64,000 nt of DNA from Amphiscolops sp. MND2022. Taxonomy: Eukaryota. A program made the translations under genes and the position numbers. The stretch spans positions 35,960,001 to 36,024,000 of the forward strand of contig OZ076416.1 in assembly GCA_964187785.1 (NCBI GenBank), written 5' to 3'. Below, in pieces: positions 39,084 to 49,920 of the stretch (positions are counted from its first letter, which is position 1; every line of letters begins with the position of its first letter). The notes under the pieces were generated by a model. That model worked only from the letters and a program-made list of their open reading frames with translations, was not told where the DNA came from and searched no databases.

Positions 39084-40387
39084 TTTGCTCGAGAAAGTTG
39101 ATACAGCTGGATTTTGATTGGCAACTTAATTTTAGAAAATTTCGTGAAGCTGCTTTCATTTTAGGATGTTTTCAGCTGAGTTCTCTCTGATTTGCTAAAG
39201 GATATAGAGGTTACACTGGCGACTTTCACGGTACTTATAGCTGGGTTATAGTTAAGGATACAACTAGGGCATTAGTTGAATAAAAGTATGAAGTGGATTT
39301 TTTTGCTCGAGAAAGTTGTTACAACTGGATTTTGATTGGCAACCTAATTTTAGAAAAGTTCGTCAAGCTGCTTTCATTTTAAGATGCTTTCAGCTGAGTT
39401 CTCTCTGATTTGCTAAAGGATATAGAGGTTACACTGGCGACTTTCACGGTACTTATAGCTGGGTTATAGTTAAGGATAAAACTAGGGCATTAGTTGAATA
39501 AAAGTATGAAGTGGATTTTTTTGCTCGAGAAAGTTGTTAGAACTGGATTTTGATTGGCAACCTAATTTTAGAAAAGTTCGTCAAGCTGCTTTCATTTTAA
39601 GATGCTTTCAGCTGAGTTCTCTCTGATTTGCTAAAGGATATAGAGGTTACACTGGCGACTTTCACGGTACTTATAGCTGGGTTATAGTTAAGGATAAAAC
39701 TAGGGCATTAGTTGAATAAAAGTATGAAGTGGATTTTTTTGCTCGAGAAAGTTGTTAGAACTGGATTTTGATTGGCAACCTAATTTTAGAAAAGTTCGTC
39801 AAGCTGCTTTCATTTTAAGATGCTTTCAGCTGAGTTCTCTCTGATTTGCTAAAGGATATAGAGGTTACACTGGCGACTTTCACGGTACTTATAGCTGGGT
39901 TATAGTTAAGGATAAAACTAGGGCATTAGTTGAATAAAAGTATGAAGTGGATTTTTTTGCTCGAGAAAGTTGTTACAACTGGATTTTGATTGGCAACCTA
40001 ATTTTAGAAAATTTCGTGAAGCTGCTTTCATTTTAAGATGCTTTCAGCTGAGTTCTCTCTGATTTGCTAAAGGATATAGAGGTTACACTGGCGACTTTCA
40101 CGGTACTTATAGCTGGGTTATAGTTAAGGATAAAACTAGGGCATTATTTGAATAAAAGTATGAAGTGGATTTTTTTTGCTCGAGAAAGTTGTTACAACTG
40201 GATTTTGATTGGCAACTTAATTTTAGAAAATTTCGTGAAGCTGCTTTCATTTTAAGATGCTTTCAGCTGAGTTCTCTCTGATTTGCTAAAGGATATAGAG
40301 GTTACACTGGCGACTTTCACGGTACTTATAGCTGGGTTATAGTTAAGGATAAAACTAGGGAATTAGTTGATTAAAAGTATGAAGTGG
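39084..40387. repeat. Tandem array of about six 218-bp units
   Basis: GCTCGAGAAAGTTG recurs at 39087, 39305, 39523, 39741, 39959 and 40178; units nearly identical. Confidence 0.95.
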
Positions 40388-41280
40388 CAGTATCTAGTGA
40401 AGCTTTAACTGCAAAGGTGAAGTGGATAGGCACAGGAAAAAGGTATGTGCGAGTCTTATCAGAAAGAATAATAGAGGAAAAGGTTAAAGGATTGAGGGAT
40501 GAAACGGAGTCTGTGACTTACCTCGTTTTTTTGGTCCCATAGGGTGGGTGTCCAAACTAATTACAAATGATGTAGTGGACACGTCCTGACTTCTATCGGT
40601 ATTGGTTCTTTTGCCAAAAAAGATTTGCTGTCACCCCCATGGTATTGAACATTTTACTGTTGCTAGGCATTTTATCGTCCTCATGGGCGTTGAATTATTA
40701 TATCTAGAGTTTCCTCGATAATTGTCTCCTCTACAGTTGCCTCTGTGTTTCCTCGATAGTTGTTGTTCTGCTGGTTGTTTTGCTGACTGTTTTAGCTGTT
40801 TTGATTCTTTTTGGGGAAACTTCACTAATCATTTTGGTGAATGCCTTGAGGTCATTACTGATTTTATTTGAGTTCTCACTGAATTTTGTTTGGGCTTTTG
40901 CTATTTCTTCGACCCCTGCGAAGAAATCCTTGGAAAATGTACCACGCAGTTCGTTAAAGGCATTATCGTCATCTTCTGGAATTTCATGAGGTTTTGAGTG
41001 AAATCTGAAATGCTTTGCTCCATGTAGTGGTTCTTTGTCACGTGTTCTCTCTTTCTATTGCTGAATGCTGGACTCTTCTCATTGGTTCATCGATGTGATT
41101 GGTCCACGTCTTCGTTGGGCGTTTGTTGGTCGAATTCTTGTTATAGAATTCATGATGACTATCATGACAAAAGTGTATTCGAAATTATTTTCAGCAGTAT
41201 TCATGATCATAAGAGGGCGCGATTTGAAACTCCGGGGAGCTGTACTCACAACTTGTTTCTGTCAATGCTTGAACGTTGAT

Positions 41281-41360
41281 TGAATTAATTGACAATTTAC
41301 AGTAATTTATTGACAAATTACAGTAATTTATTGACAAATAATTACAGTAATTTATTGACA
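41281..41360. repeat. About four copies of a 21-bp minisatellite
   Basis: TAATTTATTGACAAATTACAG repeats. Confidence 0.8.
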
Positions 41361-41386
41361 CTCTGTTCATAGTATTTGGCAACATG

Positions 41387-42098
41387 GGTTTAGTATCATT
41401 TCACCCCACGTTCATTTCACCCCAGGTTCATTTCACCCCAAATTCATTTCACCCCACGTTCATTTCACCCCACATTTAAATTATCAAACGCGTCTCAGAT
41501 TAATTACTAAAGCCACCCAATTTCAATCTTAGCGCTAATAGAAAAGCGTCTTGAATCTAATTACCAATTAGATAAGCAAACGATGCTTTCTATGTGAACC
41601 ACAAATTCGAAACCGAATAGTTTCATTTATCGGAATTGTAATACTTCTGAAAAAGGCGCTGAAAAAACATTTTTCTTCTGTCAATCAAAATTTACAAATA
41701 TGGATGTTGCGAATCTTCAGCGAAAAATTTCTTATTCGGTGTTTCTACGGCAAAAAATCCTACAGGTCAGAAACTGACAATCAAATCAAAGCTGACTCAA
41801 AGACAGTAGGCATCAAAGTTTAATTGCTAATTGGTTAATTAAAGCGAGACGCTTTTGTATAATTACAATATGGTGTGAAGTGAAAATGAGTTGAAACGAA
41901 CGTGGGGTGAAATGGATGTGAGGTGAAATGAATGTGGGGTGAAATGAATGTGGGGTGAAATGAATGTGGGGTGAAATGAATGTGGGGTGAAATGAATGTG
42001 GGGTGAAATGAACGTGGGGTGAAATGAATGTGGGGTGAAATGATATGGGGTGAAGTGATATGGGGTGAAATGATTTTGGGGTGAAATGAACGCACACC
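41387..42098. mobile_element. Foldback-type non-autonomous DNA transposon with inverted 15-bp repeat arrays
   Basis: Perfect 8-bp TSD GCAACATG (41379-41386 and 42099-42106), GGT...ACC termini, TTCATTTCACCCCAC arrays in opposite orientation at each end. Confidence 0.85.
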
Positions 42099-42599
42099 GC
42101 AACATGAACCGTCTTTTTGAAGCTTTTGGAACTCGCGACTGCTTTTTGGTCATTAAAACAAGTTTCAGTAAGTTTTGACAATGCTTTTCCAGACGAAAAA
42201 AAACTGAGAAAGGTCACTTCAGTCCTCGTTTGCAGTTCTATTGATTAACAAATTGAGAATATAAAAGTGAAAAAATATTTCATATCAATGGCGCTGTTTG
42301 GAAGAAGGACAGCTATGGATGTGCCACTACAGATGATGGGAAACTCTGACTTTATGATAACTCAACTCCGAACGAAAAACCCGCGACTAATGGTACCAAA
42401 TAAGACCTGTTTCCTGGTTCCAGCTTCCTCGATAAAAACTGTGAAGACCAAGCGTAACAGTCACATGATGAAATCAAATACCGTTTCGAATTTCTTGATT
42501 TTTTCAGATCGCAATTTGATTCCGTTTGAAAATTATCTTCGTCAATTTTTGCATATCGAAACTTGTTATCTCTTTTGTCTCCCACTGTGATATTCAGCA

Positions 42600-43140
42600 C
42601 CCAGTATATCTTCGTTTTTTTAATGATGGTGTCATCTAGGGTCTCAGTTACCACTCCCAGAGGAGTTGAGGGTTGTCTGAATTCATTCCTGCCTGAGAAA
42701 TTATAGTGACTATCCTTTTACCTTTATCAACCTCTCTTTTTGAGGGGTGCTTTCTCCTGATTTCTTTTTGTTCCAAGTTAGCAGGACCGGACGTGTTATT
42801 CTCGGAATCCTTTTCTCTAGTTGTTGAGTGGCTGTTTCTATTTGTTCTGATTTCTTTGACCCTTTCTCCAAATTTGTTGTTCAACTGCTTCACAATCTCT
42901 GTCATTTCCGTGCTATTTTATTCTGCTAATCGTTGAAAAATTACTTCTATCTCATTGTTGATTTGCGAGGGTTATTTAGCTCACTGCCTAAGTTCTGTCA
43001 AAGATGGTATCAAAGGTTTCAGAAACATTAAATGAATTCACATTTCATTGAACGGAGTTTGTATTTTGAGCGTCTTGTTCTCTGTCCAGAGACTGAGATT
43101 TAATTCTCCTCAATTGTGTATTTCTGTTCGTTCTCACGAT
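42600..43140 (-). pseudogene. Decayed homolog of the 36270 gag/ORF1-like frame
   Basis: PSQINNEIEVIFQRLAE*...QLNNKFGERVKEIRTNR aligns with EPSQISNEIQAWTQIIEQ...EIDNKFEAILKEIKSNK; contains stops and frameshifts. Confidence 0.55.
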
Positions 43141-44434
43141 AAAAATCGATTCTCGATTAGGCGCAAGAATCTTTTATTTTGAGGAAACAGAGTGAAATAA
43201 ACTGATGAAGATTTTTTAAACCGAAAAACTGCAGGAAAATTAGAGCATTACAGTGCATTGGGAAGCTATTTTGCTGCTTGTCGTGGAATCCGGGACATGG
43301 AAATTGAGAGAAGTCGTGGAACCTAGGACAAAATTTCCCTTTGATGTTGAGCGTGTCTTGGATTCCATGACAGTGTTTCTCCTGGATTTCCGCCAATACT
43401 GCTGCTATAATGACGCCTTTGCAGCTTCTCTCTGATTGGTCAGCTGATTCTGAGCGATCATTATTGTAAGGGCAGAAGGATTTAAATTAAATCAGTTTTT
43501 TATCAATAGAAATTGTTTTGATTGACACGAAAATTCCCAAAGTACGAATAGAGATACTCATCACTGGTACCAAAATTGCAGCTTGTCATCAAATAAAGGC
43601 AGATTATGATAATCTGGCAGTTTGTTCAAAACTGGTACTAAACTTTGAAAAATACGAACATTTTGTTCGTGTAATTTTGGTGTGTTAGTCTGAATCAGTT
43701 CGAATTAATATACGAAAAGTAGGCATAATATTATGTTTGTTCAGTCATCCACTTGAATTTAATTCAAGAAGAGATGCCGCGTGTCGCGTCAAGCATTAAG
43801 TCGTGGAATCCAAGAATTTATTGATTTCTGCAATCTGATTGGTTCGTTTTGCAGAAGTTACGTTTTGTGGAACCCGGGACAAAGCGGCATGCCGACAGTG
43901 CGTACAGCTAAGCATTTGTTACTCGAATCCACGACAAAATCCGTGTAATCCGGGACGTAAGACGTAACTTGCCAATTTTGCACGGTTAAAGGTATGGACG
44001 TGGAATCCGAGGTATTGAAAGCACAAAATTCTGCTTTGAGCAAATTTAGCTTGCCAATGCACTCTAATGAGTCTCATTGTACACTGATGGAGAGTTGTGT
44101 TGCAAAATTCGGCAACAGTTTTGTGAGGGAGTTTTTTGTTGAATGGTTGTGGGGAAAATATTCTTTCAGGTTCTCTTTCTGAATGATTTTTTTGGTTGAT
44201 ATTGTTAGTAGCATGACCGTCATTTTCCTGTAATTATCATACCGTCATTATTTCATGGTCACAAGTGGTAAAACTTGTAAATAAACCAGTACATCAAATG
44301 CTTAGAAAGTCTAAAAAGAGTGTCGTGGCAGCGGCGGATGAATTCAGTGTAATATTCAAATTTTGCGGTTTATTGTTGTATTTCCGCATAAGATGTTTTA
44401 TAATAACCGGATATAACACCATTATATATACTGT

Positions 44435-44634
44435 NNNNNNNNNNNNNNNNNNNNNNNNNNNNNNNNNNNNNNNNNNNNNNNNNNNNNNNNNNNNNNNNNN
44501 NNNNNNNNNNNNNNNNNNNNNNNNNNNNNNNNNNNNNNNNNNNNNNNNNNNNNNNNNNNNNNNNNNNNNNNNNNNNNNNNNNNNNNNNNNNNNNNNNNNN
44601 NNNNNNNNNNNNNNNNNNNNNNNNNNNNNNNNNN
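44435..44634. other. Assembly gap (200 N)
   Basis: Run of N. Confidence 1.
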
Positions 44635-45199
44635 GTATAATTAAAGTATAAATTGTTAGCATAAGAGCATTAAAATCATCATGCAATTATGTGTGTAATA
44701 CCGCATATACAAACTTCATTTTTACAGTATAAAATGTAAACACATGTGTATATATATTTACCTTAATATGCTGTAACCTTTCATCATGCTGTTTAATCGT
44801 AGAAGCTTAGTCCTGTTTCCGAATGACTTCTGCATAACACCCTGGGAATATCGTGAGTCTTCATGCATGTTTTAGGTATCTAATATCTAGGCTCCCTAGT
44901 GGTCTCTGGTAGTAAAAACTTCTGAAGTAAAAATTGTCTTGCACCAAGTAATGATGGAGATACTCTTTTTTAGTTGATTTATTTGATCAACGCGCGGCTT
45001 TTCAAACATAGGAATATCAACAACAGCATTCTGAACAATCAATACAACAAAAAAGGCCTAGTTAAGGAAAGAGCTTAAATGTTCGTTATCTCTTTTTTTT
45101 TCTGAATTGCGGGACGTTTTGACTTGTGGATGACGTTGACTGCTTAAATAGTGCTGCACTCCGGACATCTCGAAGGGATAATCCCTCCGACACCCACAC

Positions 45200-45460
45200 A
45201 GGCCTTCTGCGAATAACATACCTCGTTCACCATTTTGTTTCACACCATATGCAATCAGCCTTTCAAGCTCTGGTTCAGTGACTACGCAGTTCGTCGAACT
45301 TCAGCCGTAACAACGCAGAGATCAATGGCACTGCCTTCTTCATCTTCTATTGAATATCGTTCCAAACTCAGACTTTCCTCTGTAAGAAGGTTTTCGACCT
45401 TGCACAGGAAATCTTGTGATGTCCTTGAAATCGCCCATATTGATCACATCATGACATGAA
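45200..45460 (-). mobile_element. LINE apurinic-endonuclease remnant
   Basis: VINMGDF and SAIDLCVVT motifs in shifted frames. Confidence 0.5.
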
Positions 45461-46385
45461 TAAACTCAATAAGAGCTTAGTGTATTACAATGGTTATTGA
45501 AACTTAAAAGTTAAACTACTATGCCGTCTAAGGACTAACGTCTGATTAGAACCTGCGAATAACCTCTAACGCTAAGTCATGCTCATTCCATATCATCATA
45601 CATTGAGTATTGATGTAATTCATTCAGATGTTATTCCTGAATTTTTGACATTAGTCCCTAGACATTTTAATGGTTCGTCAAAACACTCGGTCGAGAACCC
45701 GTGTACTTCGGTTTCCTGTTTGGAATTTCAAACTAAAATTGCCGTTCCGCCTGCCTTGTATACTCGTGTTCTACCTTGACTTTTGCATAGTTTATAATAA
45801 TAATAGTAATAATAACTTCTTTTGAATGCCACTAGATGCTGACAATGATAAACTATTGGAAACAGGGCCACATTAACTATGAAAAGTGTTTAAAAATATC
45901 AATATCATACTTTGGTCTTTAATCAATTTAAATGTCAAGGCGTCTGGAGTCTTTTATATAATTGAGTTTATAAAATTATGAATTGTTTGGAAGTCAATAA
46001 AACACTTTGATATAATTCTAATCAATATAATTCTAAACCAATCAAATAAACAATTTGACCGAAGACGCCACTAATTGCTGGCCATGATTTACAAATTGAT
46101 AATGAAAATATAAAATCGTTAGGATTACAATGTGTAAACATATGTCAAGCTGAGACACGAGTTTCGATTGGAGACAAATTTCCTTCGGGCCTCGAGCACA
46201 CACCCCAGCCCGGTAATGCTCAGTCCGCTCCCTCCACGAATATTGCTGGGGCCCTCGGTTGAAGAATTAGAAAATTAATTTTGAGCGGACTTTTGGATTC
46301 AAAGGCGGACTTGTGAACTTTCTTTTGATGTTGTTCCTCCCTATGTGATTCTAGTAATGTCGTTTCATTGTGACGTTATTTTGCA

Positions 46386-47150
46386 TCAGAAAAGCTTGCG
46401 ACAATTACGGAACTCCCCGTGAGACGTCTGAAGTCTCTGCGAGAATTCAACAAACTTCAGGGTTGTTTTCCAATTCTCCCAACTACAATTATCCAGCAGA
46501 TCATCCAGAGGCTTGGGTGGTTCTGAGCTACGCAAATTTGAGTAAAAGCGGCATCTGTATAAAAAGTGCTCTGTAGATTCTGCTTCTAACATGCACGTGC
46601 AGACCGGAGTGAAACATCGTCCAATATGCAACTGGAAGTTGCAGAGAACACTGTTGGGTTAGGAGTTGTACCATCCTTTTTGTGTGTGCCTTGGTCAAAT
46701 GTTTTGGCAGAATCCCTTCTCTCTTGGCCTGAAATCCGAAGTTGTCGGAGAGATTCAAGTTCCTCAATCGGTCGTTCCATCTTCTGTAGACTATTTTTTT
46801 CATTGAGTCTTGACTGTAGGATGAGAGTGAACCAAACGTTCTGCTGTCTGCGAGCAGTTTTCTGGTAATTGTTGACTTGCTATTTTCAAAAAGTCTCAAG
46901 ATGCGATCGTCCTCGGACTGTTGGAAAACTTTTGAAAATAGCAAGTCAACAATTACCAGAAAACAGTTTGATGGGAAAATGATATCAGTTCGTATCCGTT
47001 CTTGGTTTTGACTAACACTTCAAAGTGTTTCAGTGATTTGCTTCAGTGATTTGTCATGCCTCTACGGAACTTTTTGTGAAAAAAAGCGATTTTGGAAGAT
47101 TGAAGATCAATACCAAAAATTCTATCAACAGCTCATCGTCAAATAGTTCA
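46386..47150 (-). mobile_element. LINE ORF2 C-terminal remnant
   Basis: CTCMLEAESTEHFLYRCRFYSNLR is the C-terminal Cys/His motif of LINE ORF2; an upstream IFNLPKS segment resembles the post-RT region. Confidence 0.65.
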
Positions 47151-47197
47151 CACGAGAACCCTGACTCAAGGGAAACGTGGGCACAAACTACGTGGGC

Positions 47198-49920
47198 ACA
47201 AACTACGATCTAAGGAATAAGATCGAAACGCACTTCTGTAACTAAGATCTAAAGAACTAAGATCTAAATGTCATTTTTCGTAACTAAGATCTAGAGAATG
47301 CCAGCTCCCGAATCGTACCGAAAGTCTAAATTTCAGACGTTATTCCCGTTTTAATTTCCGTTATTCCCATTTTTTAGATGTTACGGTAAAGTATAAAATG
47401 CTTTAAAGTATAAAACGTGCCTCAGATATGTCCCAATTTCCTCTAGTGCCCTGCGGCCCCAAGGGGCCGCGGGGCACTAGACGAAATGGGGACATATCCG
47501 AGGCACGATATATGTAATATATTTTTTTTCCGTAATTTTTCGATCTTATTCCATTCGATCTTATTCCATTCGATCTTAGGCGATGAACGATTTCATTCGA
47601 TCTTATTCCGTTCGATCTTATTCCATTTTCGTATTTTCGATCTTATTCTTTCGATCTTATTCCGTTCTCCTTACAAACTGAACTGAAAGATAAATTCACG
47701 TCTTATTCATAAGACAACTGAAAGATAAAGTGTACAAATGTTAGGTACTTCAGTGGTGAGAAAGTATTTAAAATATAACACGTGCAATAATGAAAAAGTA
47801 CAGTATTGAAAAAGAAATAAAGTAAACTGTCATATAGATAATGTTCTTGAGTAAACATAACGCAGTTTTTTGAAAAAATCTGTGTCATTCAAGCTTGGGC
47901 ATTCCTCTAAATGGTTGTCATCCCCACAGTTTTGACTACAGTTCTTTCAGTTCAGTTCAGTTCAGTTCAGTTCAGGGAAACGGAAGGGAAACTGTTAAGG
48001 GAAACGGAAGGGAGAGGGGAATAAGATCTAAAGAATAAGATCTAAAATAATAGGATCTAAAATTATGACATGCTCAACTTCCAAAAGGGGAATAAGATCT
48101 AAAATTTTAGATCTTATTCCCTTCAGATGCTATTCTTTAGAGAAGGGGAATAAGATCTAAAATGCATTGATTTTAGATCTTATTCCCTTTAGATCTTATT
48201 CCCGTCCTGAAATTTTAGATCTTATTCCCTTTAGATCTTATTCCCTTTTTTGATTTTAGATCTTATTCTTTAGATCTTATTCCCCCCTCTAGAAACGGAA
48301 ATCGGACTAAAGAAATAGAACTAATGGAATTAGGACTAACATGCTCAAAATTTCTGAAACGTTCATGTGAAAAAGAACTAATTTCGTAATTTCTGAAACA
48401 GGAATTAGAACTAATTTGTTACCGGAATTGGAACAAAAAACAGGAATTAGAACTGATTCGTTACGGGAATTGGAACTAAAAAATTGGAATAGGACCTTAA
48501 ATGCGGAATGAGACCCAAGGGGAGAACGGAATAGTATCTAAAGGAATAATATATAAAGTTTTTCAAAGTATAAAACGTGCCTCTGATATTTCCCCATTTC
48601 CTCTAATGCCCCGCGGCCCCTTGGGGCCGCTTATGTTCCCATCTTGCTCAACGAGGTCGAACAGGAGCAAAGACCTAGCGGGAACGGAGATCGCGAAGCG
48701 ATCGTTGTGGGAGCTGGTCTTTGCGACGGCGAGGGTGAGCGTGCATACACCGCATATGCCCCACATTTTGATATTTTCGCTTTCAGAAAGCCTTTTTCGA
48801 AACAGGAATAACGTCTAAAACTTTAGACGCTAGTCTCAAAAAATGATTTATTTTAGACGTTATTCCCGTTTTGTATTTAGATGTTATTCCTCAGACGTTC
48901 TTTCCGCTGCCACGTATTTTGATGATTTTTTTACATTCAGACGTTTTTTCCAATTTTAGACGTTTTTCCCGTTTTTCAGACGTATTTTGATCGTTTTTTG
49001 ACATTTTAAACGTATGTCAGTTTTAGACGTTATTCCTCTTTTTAGACGTTGCTCCGCTTTTTAGACGTTATTCCACTTTTTAGACGTTATTCCCGTTTTT
49101 TAGACGTTATTCCCGTTCATTTCAGATTTAGATGTTATTCCTTTAGTCGTTATTCCCGGTGGACTTTTAGACGTTATTCCTTAGACGTTATTCCTGTTCC
49201 CCCGGGCACAGGGAAAAGGGAATAAGATCTAAAGATTAAGATCTAAATTAATAAGATCTAAAATTGTGACATGCTCAACTTCGAAAAGGGGAATAAGATC
49301 CAAAATTTTAGATCTTATTTCCTTCAGATCTTATTCTTTAGAGAAGGGAATAAGATCTAAAATGTATTGATTTCAGATCCTGTTCCCTTTAAAACTTAAT
49401 CCCCGTCCTGGAATTTTAGATCTTATTCCCTTTAGATCTGATTACCCTTCTTGACTTTAGATCCTATTCTTTAAACCTTATTCCCCCCTCTAGTGGTTAC
49501 AAACTACGATCTAAGGAGTAAGATCGAAACGCACTTCTGTAACTAAGATCTAAAGAACTAAGATTTTTCTCTCCCCTATCAGATATCATGGATCTTCGTG
49601 ATCAATCAAGTGCCATGTGTATCATCATGTTAGGGTGAGAAGAACTAAGATCTAAATGTCATTTTTCGTAACTAAGTTCTAGAGAATGCCAGCTCCCGAA
49701 TCGTAACTAAAGTCTAAATTTTAGACGTTATTCCGTTTTTTAGACGTTATTCCCATTTTTTGGATGTTATTCCCAATTTGGAATTGATTTGAAAATATAA
49801 AACGTGCCCTGGAGATGTCCCCATTTTCTATAGTGCCCCGCGGCCCCTCGGGGACGTTTATTTTCCCATCTTGCTAAGTGAGGTCGAACAGGAGCAAAGA
49901 CCTAGCGGGAACGGAGATCA
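47198..49920. repeat. Cluster of nested MITE/foldback repeats built on TTAGA(TC/CG)TTATTCCC motifs
   Basis: Two related TIR elements (about 48013-48290 and 49211-49491), a block at 47198-47350 repeated at 49499-49740, three copies of a GC-rich hairpin unit, and (TTCAG)6 near 47946-47975. Confidence 0.8.
49565..49640 (-). ncRNA. Candidate retroposed C/D-box snoRNA copy
   Basis: Minus strand: CCCTA-AC-ATGATGA (C box)...CTGA (D box)-TAGGG, then GAGAG and AAAA. Flanked by the 11-bp duplication AGAACTAAGAT; absent from the paralogous empty site near 47250-47265. Confidence 0.55.

Noticed and set aside
39084-40387. CRISPR-like array (also considered for 27782-27865 and the 15-bp arrays)
   Set aside because: No unique spacers, no cas genes, eukaryotic context.
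41813-42217. ORFs with ISPH/FTPH/FHPT repeats
   Set aside because: Translation artefacts of the stop-free 15-bp repeat.
44265-44686. 128-130 aa ORFs
   Set aside because: Open only because they run through the N gap.
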